A stretch of 63,946 nucleotides of DNA, the filler included, from Stramenopiles sp. TOSAG23-2 (taxonomy: Eukaryota): NCBI GenBank assembly GCA_900128395.1. It is 3 parts of 3 records of this genome, joined end to end, with 100 filler letters (N's around TTAATTAATTAA, not from the genome) between each part and the next. Parts side by side here need not be neighbours in the genome. Positions count along the whole stretch, not along the records: positions 1 to 23,667 come from LT649482.1; 2 more parts are not named here. One strand, given 5' to 3'. Below, piece by piece: positions 1 to 11,235 of the stretch. The position numbers were made by a program, and so were the translations under genes. The notes beneath the pieces are model-generated. The model was not told the DNA's origin and did no database searches. It worked only from the letters and a program-made list of their open reading frames with translations. Every line of letters begins with the position of its first letter. The stretch's first letter is position 1.

Positions 1-416
1 GAAAGTACATAGCCATACCACTGATAAAAAAAAAAGGCCGTCGTTTCAAAAGGTAACTTTTTGGCAAACTCAATTTTGCACCTCCGACGTTCGTTGTGTA
101 CCTGCTATTTCTCCCATGCTATGTACCTGGAAAATAATGGAAAATAATAATATTTGTTCTCATACTTAAAATTAGTAGTAATATATTGCATGATTTCGCT
201 ATCAAAATCGTACATCCTTAAATTTTACCTTGGCTATTGTGCGGTGTGAAATATTTTAAAATGAATATTTCCTCCTTCCTTCTACTCCTTATATATATAT
301 ACGACATCGTGATTGGTATGTGGAGAGAGGAAAGATATTGTATACGATTATTTTGGAAAGAAAACGATTTAAAACAGGAGAGATAAGAGGAAGAATAAGA
401 AGAATAATAACAAACA

Positions 417-1745
417 ATGGCCTCCTTTTCACAGGCATATGCACATGAACCGACGCAAATGATAAATACCATCATAGAAATAGAACATCAACGTTTTAAA
501 GTTATGAAAACATTAGCGGAAGGTGGAAATGGGCATATCTTTCTAGTAGTAAATAGATCTTCTACACAATATGCAATGAAACGTGTTATTGTATCTCGTC
601 ATCAAGATCCAATAGTTCAGCAAGCGGCAACGCGAGAGTATGAAGTAATGAAAAAATTAATTAATTGCAATAATATTTTGAAACCAGTAGCACATGAAGT
701 GAAACGTGCTGGTGATAAATATGTACATTTACTTGTAATGCCTTTTTGCAATGGTAGCGTATTAGATGCCATGAATCGTTCTAGACAAGGTTTATCGACA
801 AGTACATTATTAAAAATCGTGTATGATACAGCAAGGGGGTTGTATCAGATGCATAGTGCAAAACCAAAACGAATCGCGCATCGTGATTTGAAAGTTGAAA
901 ATGTATTGTGGAATAGAGATGAAAATTGTTTTCAATTATGTGACTTTGGTTCTGCATCAACAAATGCACAGGTTTGGCGTAATAAATCCAAAGCGGAGAG
1001 ATCTGCAGCTATGGATGACATAGAACGTAATACTACGGTTGATTACAGGGCACCCGAACAATGTGATTTTGATTTTCATAGTTATAAAGTTGATCATCGT
1101 GTAGATTTATGGGCATTAGGTTGTATGATCTTCCATTTGTGTTTTTATCGAACACCATTTCAAGATGGTACAAAACTCTCTGTTATGAATGGCGATTATA
1201 AATTTCCAAATAATAAATCAGAAAAGCCTAAAGTATTGATTAAATTAATTAAAAAATTGTTACATAATAATCCAAACAAACGACCAACTGCATTACTTGT
1301 TTTGAAAAAAATTGTAAATGCAAGCAAATCATTATCAAAACCGCCTGAAATATCAGATGAAGAATGGGAAAGTGGTATGGAATATATTTCTACCGATGTA
1401 GGAACGAAAGAGGTGGAGGTGAAAAATGTGAAAAAGAAAAATAAAAAAACAAAAAAAAAGAAAGTTAAAAAGAAAACAAACAATAATAATAATAGTAGTA
1501 ATAATGAGGATGATGATGATAATATGATGTTTGATGCTTTTAGCAATCAAAATTTTTTTGAAGAACGACAAGATAATTCTCAAAATCAACAGCAACAAGA
1601 AAAACTAGCATCTAGTAATGCTCATGGTAATACTGATATTAACGATCCATTTGATGCATTCTTTGCTTCATCAACCTCTGGAACTAATAATAGTAATAAT
1701 AACAATGGTAACAATAATAATAATAATAAGAAGAACAATGGTAAC

Positions 1746-1784
<39 letters not shown>

Positions 1785-2078
1785 TTTTTTAATTCTGCAA
1801 TGATGATAAATAATAATAGTAATAATATGATGGGCCAAACAACAACTCAAATGACGAGTAATAATATAATAAGAAATGATACCTTTGATGCGTTTAATAC
1901 AATGAACAATTATACAAATAATAGTTATGGTAACAACAACAACCATATGACGATGAATGCAAATTTCAACAATAATAATAATATGAATATGATGAACTCT
2001 AATCATAACAACAACAATAATAATAATAAGACGGCATTTGATCCATTTAGTGATACATTTTCATTTGATAATCAATAA
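417..2078 (+). CDS. Numb-associated kinase (AAK1/GAK/BIKE-like) Ser/Thr kinase
   Basis: AEGGNG loop, YAMK, HRDLKVEN, LCDFGSA, NAK-type 'DIERNTTVDYRAPE'; Asn-rich tail with DPF/DAF/DFF motifs typical of endocytic adaptor binding. Confidence 0.9.
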
Positions 2079-2208
2079 AATTCTGTGATTAGTGTGAACA
2101 TATATATATACATTAGAATTCTTTGTGAGACTTCTAAAAAATGTTGTGAGTGTGTACGTATGCATGTATATAACATTAAATATTAGTGCGGTGTACGTAC
2201 ATATATGA

Positions 2209-2439
2209 TTAGATATCACGAAGGACTATACAACAGGTAATGCAACATTTAAACAAGGAAGTAGAGGGACAGTTATTGAGGTGCCCTCCCGTAAGGATGG
2301 AAAATTGAAAGTTAAATTGGATAACGACAATGAGAAAACATTTAGATTGATTAAAGAATGTGATTTACAACTTTATGAAGGAGGACCTCTTTCATTCAGC
2401 TCTGAATCACAGACAGAGGAAACATCTTTTGAATACTAA
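2209..2439 (+). other. ATG-less open frame / orphan exon, possibly a small SH3/KOW-like beta domain
   Basis: Stop-free frame ITKDYTTGNATFKQGSRGTVIEVPSRKDGKLKVKLDND...EY*; AG at 2211-2212 could be an acceptor. Confidence 0.3.
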
Positions 2440-2511
2440 ATAATTTTTACTAAAATTTTATAAATCATTTTTGATTTGAGATGTTAATAAACGGGAGTAA
2501 AAGAATTTTAT

Positions 2512-2600
2512 NNNNNNNNNNNNNNNNNNNNNNNNNNNNNNNNNNNNNNNNNNNNNNNNNNNNNNNNNNNNNNNNNNNNNNNNNNNNNNNNNNNNNNNNN
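2512..2600. other. Scaffold gap (N run) with ~55 bp duplicated on both sides
   Basis: tttataaatcatttttgatttgagatgttaataaacgggagtaaaagaattttat precedes and follows the Ns. Confidence 0.95.
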
Positions 2601-2758
2601 TTTATAAATCATTTTTGATTTGAGATGTTAATAAACGGGAGTAAAAGAATTTTATATAATATATGAGTAAGAGAACATTTTATATATACGAAGTATTATA
2701 TATATATATATAAAACACGATAAATGTTTACACAGTTTTTTCTTCGAAGATTAAACTT

Positions 2759-3219
2759 TTACATAGTGCCCCCAGCATCTTTTAACCATTGGACAATAGG
2801 TGCATATCTTTCATACCAACTATTCTTCAGCCCCGTAGCTATAGCCAAGGCTGTTTTACCGTCATCTTCCATATTTACGTCGATGTTTGGATGCCTTAAT
2901 AATTGCAGTATATGCTGTCGGTACTTATCAACCTTACTATTGATCGTTGCATATATCAATGGAGTCTCACCATATTCATTTTGTGTGTTTACATCAATTT
3001 GCCTTACTTTTAAAAGCCGACCAACTAATGTATAATCGGCATTGACAACTGCATGTAATAAAGGTGCAAATCCTAAATAATCTTTCGTATTAACACGAAT
3101 ACCCTTTTTTTTCAATAATAACTTTACCATTGCTTCGTCATTACGTATACATGCCCAACTTAAAGCAGTCTTCCCGTCTTCATCAACTTGATTTACGTCG
3201 GCTCCTTTTCTTAACCTCG
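2759..3219 (-). CDS. Ankyrin-repeat protein (about 4 repeats), 5' end unresolved
   Basis: GADVNQVDEDGKTALSWAC, GFAPLLHAV, GETPLIYAT, GKTALAIAT; the ORF N-terminus upstream of 3220 looks non-coding; candidate acceptor CAG at 3222-3220. Confidence 0.8.
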
Positions 3220-3424
3220 CTGAGAGGATCGGACACCAGAATCTACGTTTTCCTAATCCGATATCCGATACACGATACATGATACATGATACACACACAC
3301 ATTAACATAGTATTATATGTAATATTCGTCTTATGATATTTTAAAATTAAATACGTTGTACGACGTACAAACTCTTCTATCTGATACGTATGATACTAGA
3401 GAATATAAATATACCACCCTGTTG

Positions 3425-4789
3425 CTACAACACACCACGACTAATAGCAACAATTAATAATGAAAACAACGAAGCGGTAACTTGCGAGGTGATAGTTGGT
3501 GTAATTTTAACACCAAAAATTTCTACATACGGATCATGATCTATAACATATTCCTTAAAATCAAGATATGAAGCAAAACATTTTCTACAACCATTTACTA
3601 CAATCGGATCTTCGAACAATATTTCTTTTGTAGCTTTTTCAAATTCAAATGAAAACGATGCTGAATATTTGAACACATTAACCAGTAACGATATTATTGA
3701 AATATTATTCAAAATTAAATATGCCCACAATATACCTGTAATCACACTTTGTGATATGGTCCCACCAAAAGTATTTATTGTTCCACCACCACCACCAAAC
3801 GCAATTATAGTAATTGCAAGTGCAAAACTAATAGAGCATATGAAATAACACGCACGCATAACTTTATTATCATCACGCTGTTTATTGATTTTAAGATGCC
3901 ATTCCCAATCTTTTCTTAGTTTTTTCAATTGCTTCAAAGACTCTTCAGATCCAATATCTTGAGATAAAACTACCTCCTTCATAGCTTTGACATACGCATA
4001 TGTGTAATTGTGAACAGCAATAGAAACTATTTCAATATTAAAAGTTGCATAATTATATATGCATACATATATATAAAATGTAGATGCACAAACAGCTAGA
4101 TAAACAACTGCAATTATTAACGAAATTATATTATTTTCAACAAAATACCGCAAGATCAATGGCCATAAGATCATAGTATGTGTGAAGAATAATACAAGTG
4201 TGAAAATTTTTGCACCTTTGGATTTCGATAAAAAAAGAGTTTCTGCAAACTTTGTATTTTGATTTAGCTGCTCGTTATCTAAACAGTAGACCACCTCTCG
4301 TCTGTATCTTTCTCTGGCTGAATTCCGATTACGAATAAATGCAACAATACCAGTAAGGTTTACACACCCAAAAGCATATATGATTGATATTGTTGGATGA
4401 CACCCAGATGCAATCAAAAATTCATATGCTGCGTAAGAAATCAAAGGACTCCAAACAAAATATATAACAAAAGGCACAATTTTGGCACGTAAAGAACTTA
4501 CATTTGTATTCGAAAAACCTGCAGCATTGACAATCTTTTGTATTGACTTTGGAAATTGATCTGTCGGTAATTTATCCGTCTGTAAATAATGTTTACCATT
4601 CCATGCACCATATATTTTTTTATATTTATCTTCATCAGCATTAATATGATCATTCTCATTATGATTATTAAAAATGACTTTCTTTTCCTCATTATGTCCA
4701 GTAGTCATACTATTACTTTCATGGGGTTCAACTTTATACGATGACGCCATGGTTTTAACTGCCCGTATGTCTTCTTTCTGTAAGTGCAC
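3425..4789 (-). CDS. Seven-TM protein resembling gustatory-receptor-like / DUF3537 7TM ion channels
   Basis: 7 hydrophobic segments, long polar N-terminus, long charged helix between TM4 and TM5, terminal 'FKEYVIDHDPYVEIFGVKITPTITSQVTASLFSLLIVAISRG'. Confidence 0.6.
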   Translation of the reverse strand: MHLQKEDIRAVKTMASSYKVEPHESNSMTTGHNEEKKVIFNNHNENDHINADEDKYKKIYGAWNGKHYLQTDKLPTDQFPKSIQKIVNAAGFSNTNVSSLRAKIVPFVIYFVWSPLISYAAYEFLIASGCHPTISIIYAFGCVNLTGIVAFIRNRNSARERYRREVVYCLDNEQLNQNTKFAETLFLSKSKGAKIFTLVLFFTHTMILWPLILRYFVENNIISLIIAVVYLAVCASTFYIYVCIYNYATFNIEIVSIAVHNYTYAYVKAMKEVVLSQDIGSEESLKQLKKLRKDWEWHLKINKQRDDNKVMRACYFICSISFALAITIIAFGGGGGTINTFGGTISQSVITGILWAYLILNNISIISLLVNVFKYSASFSFEFEKATKEILFEDPIVVNGCRKCFASYLDFKEYVIDHDPYVEIFGVKITPTITSQVTASLFSLLIVAISRGVL

Positions 4790-5277
4790 ATATATATATA
4801 GATACGCTATTCTATATTTTTCAACACATTGTCAAAATATAAGTATTGATGTATAGATTTACTTTCTCACCACGTATCTTTATAAAAGAGTATACTTTAT
4901 ATAATTGAAATAATATTTTTTGATATAATTTATATTAATCCGCATATCCCCGAGCCGAGGGAAAACCTTAATAATTTAAATTATCCACCTATCAAAATGA
5001 CCAATAATTTATACTTGAAATGAAAAGAATACCAAAAATATATACTCTGTACTCATAATCAAAAAGAATTCTTTTGTCATAATTTTTCGTCCCACCCGCC
5101 CGACTACACACAATAATTTTAACTGTCGTAAACTCGTCATGTTGCTCATATATTTAAAATTATAAAGGAAGCTGTATCAGGTATAAAAAGAAGAAGAACA
5201 ACAAAAGATTGTATATATAGATATATAACAAATGAGAAAATTATATATATATATATACATAATCGTATTTAAATATA

Positions 5278-6093
5278 ATGGTAATCCGTGGATTTCGTAC
5301 CAAAGTGGAGCCAGGTCCAAAAGTGGAGGAATTAAAATTTTTATTAGATGCATGGCGTGAAAAAGGACCTTTAATAAAAGTAAAATCTTGTGATGTTGTT
5401 CCTGATTCATCAAACCGTGGACATACTGGTTTGTCCATTGACCATGTACATTTTATTGCATCGAATATATTAAAAAGTGGATTTCGTTCTCGGGATGGAG
5501 ATGTTGCAAAGCGGAGGAAAGTACAGCCGCATGATATACCGGTACTATGTCGTGGTGATTCCACGTGTCCTATTGCAAATGATAGCTTAAAATATTGGAA
5601 AAAAAATGTTCATGACCAACCATTATTTCCCAAAATTGTGATTAATGAAAAACAAGATGGTTGGTTTACAAGCCTTGGAAATGGTCATTTCACGCAAGCA
5701 TTGAATCTATTTAGGCATAATTGTATAAGCAAATTTACTGGAAAGGCATTTGTTGCACCTGAAAGTGATGTAAAATTAATAGCAGCATTGAATGATGGTA
5801 TAGAATCCATCGTATTAAGACAGGAAACACCAATAGAAACACGACGGGAAATTGCTACGTTATTAAATGATACACATGATTATAAATGGACAGTTGATAT
5901 GGATGGTAATGTTGATATTTCACCTGAAAATTGTTATTTGGAACGTTTCAATCAATTTGAGGCACAGACAAAAGTTGCAGATAGTGAAGCATTAAGTGCT
6001 CTTGTACAATTGGAATTAGGAATATTTGAAGATCCAGATAATATGAAACCATCAGAAGAAAAACTGAATGAAACATTAAAATCAAAATTGTAA
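5278..6093 (+). CDS. Hypothetical protein, possible ParB/Srx-like domain
   Basis: 271-aa ORF; 'PDSSNRGHTGLSIDHVHFIASNILKSGF' and 'SLGNGHFTQAL'. Confidence 0.6.
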   Translation: MVIRGFRTKVEPGPKVEELKFLLDAWREKGPLIKVKSCDVVPDSSNRGHTGLSIDHVHFIASNILKSGFRSRDGDVAKRRKVQPHDIPVLCRGDSTCPIANDSLKYWKKNVHDQPLFPKIVINEKQDGWFTSLGNGHFTQALNLFRHNCISKFTGKAFVAPESDVKLIAALNDGIESIVLRQETPIETRREIATLLNDTHDYKWTVDMDGNVDISPENCYLERFNQFEAQTKVADSEALSALVQLELGIFEDPDNMKPSEEKLNETLKSKL

Positions 6094-6376
6094 AATATTT
6101 GTGTTTTGAAGAGAAATTTTTTTATTTTAGTATTTGAATTCATAGTAAATTATTTAGATATCATAAGATGCATAACACAAAAAGAACACACTTTATACGA
6201 AAAGAATATTTTTTTTTAATATTTGCCGTACGCGTTTACAGTCTTTAACACACTCCCTATTACCCCCCTCTCTACTTAACAATATACTCAATTAATATTT
6301 ACGAATACCAAAGTACTGCGCGTACTTCGTATTAAGCTGTAACGCACTACACTATGCACTACTACTACTACTACTA

Positions 6377-7422
6377 CTAAAACCATTCTTTCTCTTTTCC
6401 ACCATCATATGGATCATCACCAGGTCCACGATACATATGCATTGGACTTCGTATAGCATCACTACCAAAATATAAACCAGTATTTATACCATTGTTATCA
6501 TCTTTCATCGTTTCATTAAATAAACAATGCAATATCGATACAGTTCCCTTTTTTGGCTTTAACATTCCAATATCATTTGCTGATTTTCCACTTTGAGTTA
6601 AATATGGTTTAGTTAAATCTGTTTCAATAAATCCTGGTGTACATGCATTTATTAATAAATTTGGATATTGTACAGCATATTGTAAAGTTAATAAATTAGC
6701 ACATGCTTTTGAGATACCATATTCATCGCCATCACCAACTTTCGTTGGATCTACTAAACATTTATTAATAAATTTTTCCAATGTTGGCCAATCTGTTTGA
6801 CTATTGATTAACATTTTTTGTTCATCTTCATTACAAGTTGCAACGAATGATGGACCAGATGCAGATGTTACATTAACAATGCGACCATTATCATGAATTA
6901 ATTCTACAAATTCATCGGTAACGTTTTTTAAACCATATACATTAACATCTAAACATTTTTGTAAATTTTCAATTGTAACTTCCTCATCTACTATACCAGC
7001 TGCAACACCAGCATTATTTACGATGCCATAAAGTGGTTTTGGTTCTTCAGGAAATTTATTTTGAATATATTTTTTAGCATTTGATATTGATTCTTTATTA
7101 CACACATCCAATTCCAAAACTTCTACACGACTATCCCAATTTGGCCCATCATATAATATTTTTTGCAGGCTATATTAATAAATATTACAAAGTACGGTAT
7201 TAGATATGTTGTGAGTGATTTATTATTAATAAATTGAAATGTCTTAATGAAGTTGTTGGAAAAAATGTATGTATAATGTGTATAGTGAACTTACGCTTCT
7301 TTGCCCCTATATACGTTTCTACTACATAAAAATACATATGCAGTTGGATTTTTTTCTAAAATACATTGTACTGTTGCTTTACCAATTCCTTTATTTGCAC
7401 CAGTTACGATTATACGTTGCAT
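6377..7422 (-). CDS. Short-chain dehydrogenase/reductase (carbonyl reductase-like), 2 exons (7422-7295, 7169-6377)
   Basis: Exon 1 MQRIIVTGANKGIG; intron gtaag...ag at 7294-7170 joins in frame; NNAG, YGISK, CTPGFIETDLT. Confidence 0.9.
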
Positions 7423-7706
7423 TGTAAATATTTAACTCTTTTATATGTTGTCTTATAAAATTAACAAATTATAAAAAAAAATATTTATCTATCTATATAT
7501 ATATATACATACACAAACAGAAAACGAATGAACAATATATGCATACGATCAAATACTCTTATTATTATATCAGGAACTATACGAGGATGATATGCACATA
7601 TGTCCTTTTGGATTGATAAGTCTCTATCAAATATAAGAATGAACTTTTTCTATCTTTTTTTTTTAACTTTTAACACAAACTCCGATTCATCCTATCAAAT
7701 GACACA

Positions 7707-8613
7707 TATTACATTCCAATTTCCGGTTGTCCGCGAAAAAACTCCCCTACCAAAAAATTAAGGCCATATTTTCTAAAATTCCATATTTTCAGCAATTCTG
7801 AAAATTACAAACGAAAAATACACTACACGAAAATTATAAAAACATGTATAAAAATACATGTTTTTATACAGGACAAAATCTAAACATTGGCAATGACTAT
7901 CATTGCCAAGATTCAACCATTGTCCTGCACAAAAACATATACATATATATATTTAAAATAATCGTTTCTAAATTTGAATTTTCAAAATGTACTTTTTATT
8001 TTATAAGTTTAGTGCTATGTACCTGTTAAATGCAAGCGTAAGTTGTTATTTTACCTGCTATGCCTTGTTAATTGATTAGCATAGAAATAGGGCTAAGAAT
8101 GCTCTCGTAGTGTTATTTACTTGCTATTTTTTAGAAATTTGGTTTAGCATAGGAATAGCCCAAATGCTATCCAATGCTAAGCCAAAATAGCAAGTAAATA
8201 ACACTACGGCACGAAGATTAGGCCTATTTCTATGCTAATCAATTAACAAGGCATAGCAGGTAAAATAACAACTTACGCTTGCATTTAACAGGTACATAGC
8301 ACTAAACTTATAAAATAAAAAGTACATTTTGAAAATTCAAATTTAGAAACGATTATTTTAAATATATATATGTATATGTTTTTGTGCAGGACAATGGTTG
8401 AATCTTGTCAATGATAGTCATTGACAATGTTTAGATTTTGTCCTGTATAAAAACATGTATTTTTATACATGTTTTTATAATTTTCGTGTAGTGTATTTTT
8501 CGTTTGTAATTTTCAGAATTGCTGAAAATATGGAATTTTAGAAAATATGGCCTTAATTTTTTGGTAGGGGAGTTTTTTCGCGGACAACCGGAAATTGCAA
8601 TTGGAATGTAATA
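7707..8613. mobile_element. ~900-bp foldback / MITE-like long inverted repeat
   Basis: 7707-~8130 is nearly the reverse complement of ~8184-8613; no credible ORF; TA at both ends; nested internal hairpins. Confidence 0.8.
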
Positions 8614-8953
8614 GATCTATATTTTATATTTGTACTTGAAAGTCGGAAATTAATAAAATATCAGAAAAATACCTTATGTTGTTTTGTTGTTGTGCACTTG
8701 TGAATTTTTTTGAAAATAAAAAAAAATTTAATGTGCACATTTTACTTGTGTATAAAAAAATATTGAATTGTAGCATATCATATACGAAATAACAACCCGT
8801 TTTATTGATACCTATGTATGTATATATATGTATATATATATTTCATTGAAAGAAAACACGTATATATATTTATAAGCGACTAGTTGAAAAAAAATTAATC
8901 TCTATCTTCACCTCTCCCCCGTTAAATTTGCTGGTTGAAATAGATTATTACAT

Positions 8954-9360
8954 CATGCCGACGAGAAAAAATACTACTACGACGACCACAACGACGACGA
9001 CGATGATGTTATTGATGACAATCAAAATAGTGATCATAACAGTATTAAGAAGAAAATGACAAATAGTGACGATGAAGAGTATGACAATCAACATTTTAAC
9101 AATCATAGTGGCGATGATGATAATAATATGCAATTGGACAACGATGACGATAATGAGATTTTTGCGATTAAGCAAATTGATAATGCAAACAACAAAATTA
9201 CAAAATCAAGTTCTTCGTCTTCATCATCAAGTGACTCATCTTCCGATGCGTCGTCAATTGATAATGACGCAACTGATTTTATTTCACCTCCCAGGTGCGG
9301 TCCATTGTCTTTTAAAAAACGATCTAGAGAAAACGGCGGAAAAAAGTTTTATAATGACGA
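8954..9360 (+). pseudogene. Low-complexity Asp/Ser/Asn-rich gene 5' fragment, frameshifted and truncated
   Basis: ATG at 8954 (MPTRKNTTT) changes frame into DDVIDDNQ...SPPRCGPLSFKKR, then runs into an opposite-strand ORF. Confidence 0.35.
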
Positions 9361-9792
9361 CTTCTTGTTGTTGATTATAATCCTCAACAATCCACAATTT
9401 ACCTTTTTTCGACTCTACATCAGATATAAAGATTTCCATCATCTTCTTTTCATCGTCATATGTACCTTGAATTCGACGATCGCTTTGTCCCATCATATTA
9501 ATGGAATTTCCAACTAGAAAAGCACCATCATTACCTCCATGTTTTGTTGATAATACAACAATCGTTTCATGAGAATGAAATTTAACATCTTTATAGTTTA
9601 CAATGGGACATTGCATCACCCATTACCTTTTGCATAAAATCCATAAAAATTGCATTTTATCTTTATCTTGTGCATTTTTATCATATCTTAACCTCACATG
9701 CCTTTTCTCTCTGGTTTTGTTGTTGTTGGTTTGATCATCATCAAAATTGCTTTCTTAATGCTATTTAATGCTATTGTATCTGGTGCAAACAT
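9284..9792 (-). pseudogene. Interrupted ORF of unknown function
   Basis: Globular-looking frame 9284-9619 preceded by an in-frame stop and a frameshifted segment up to ATG 9792. Confidence 0.3.
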
Positions 9793-10227
9793 CAGTTAAT
9801 TATAGCTGGTTAGCAACGCAAACGCTATTTGGATTTTTTTTTGTTTTTATTATTATTTTATTTTTGATAAGCGAAAGTTTTTCTGTCATATCATTGTGTG
9901 GGGTTTAGCATGGGAATAGCATTAACTTTGGCGCACGTTTAATGCTCTACGGCACGTTTTTTTCCATAGATATACTGTACCTGATGTGCTAGACTAATAA
10001 TTTATAATAATTTTACTTCCCGTGGCCTAAATGGGAGTTCGTAAATAAGAGAATTACACTTTTAAAAATTATAAATATATGAGAATTAAAATATTATTAT
10101 TAAATTATTTTTAAATATTATATATATATATATAAAATGCGTTCTCATTTTATCCTAATCTCTTTGGAAAATTTTAAAAATACCAACACATCTATATATG
10201 CATATACATATATATATACATTTTTTT

Positions 10228-10799
10228 TTATGATAAAACGAAAGCGATGCAATTTAAAATTGTAACAATTAACGATAAGTTATTGACGAATGTTTTATGA
10301 CTTAGCGATAGTTCATCATCGGACATATAAGCAGCTGCTGCTTCGTTCCATTTGTCCTTCGTACCGTTCACCGGTGCAGCAGTAGATTTGTTAATTGAAG
10401 AATAATCTGTTACGGAAGGTACTTTAGTAGTAACACCAATTGTATTTTCCGAAACACCAGTTAACACAAAGATCCATTTATCTACAAGTTTTCTTATTCA
10501 GTATAAATGCTGTATATACAATGTTCAAAGACAAGGAAATGAAATTAATGATATTTGCGACAGGAAATATTTATCGGGAAACCGGAACTGCTTCGAAGGA
10601 GATTGAAGATAAAACATTTTCAATGAAAATAAAACGGGAGAGAAGTAGATCCGCAGGCTTCGATCGCCGGCCCTCCAGCAGCAAAAGAAAATTGGTACAG
10701 CAGAAATCCTTTGATACAAAATTAAACCAGAATAAAAATGTTATCGTAATAATAGATCAGAACAATTGTGTACAAAATCCATTGTACGCGAAAACATAA
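10228..10799. other. Two back-to-back membrane-protein fragments on opposite strands
   Basis: Minus 10228-10467 has a Ser/Thr-rich stretch plus a TM start; plus 10440-10799 has a TM end plus a tail ending QNPLY; possible inversion chimera. Confidence 0.3.
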
Positions 10800-11235
10800 C
10801 GTTGTATAAAAATTAAGAGAGTGAGAGAGAGAGTGCCAAAAAAGAGAAAGGCTTTTTTTTTGTTGTTTAAAAAAAGGCTCACAGTAGTAGTTTCTTTGAA
10901 AAGTCTAGGACCAAGATTAGGCTCACATCAGTGTTTCATATGTTGTATTTTATTTATACTAAAATAGAGTTATTGTAGTGTAAACGTTCATAATTACCTA
11001 TTTCCTCTCTAGTAAAAACCTTCTTGTCGTCAGTCTTATCTATTATATCTTTTATTCTCGAAAGATATATACTGTAAAGTGACATAGATAACATTTTGTC
11101 AAAAAAAGAATAATATACCGATCATAATTCGAACCAGCACACAATTATATTTTGGCATCAGCTATTAATACAAAAATAATACAACAAAATACAAAAGAAA
11201 AAGAAAGTTACAACCTAACCATCATAAAAAAAAAA

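Noticed and set aside
1196-2006. Antisense and alternative-frame ORFs rich in Ile/Leu/Tyr, here and over other genes
   Set aside because: Shadows of (AAT)n poly-Asn tracts
7844-8029. 61-aa ORF inside the foldback arm
   Set aside because: No transposase or other motif; probably a chance ORF
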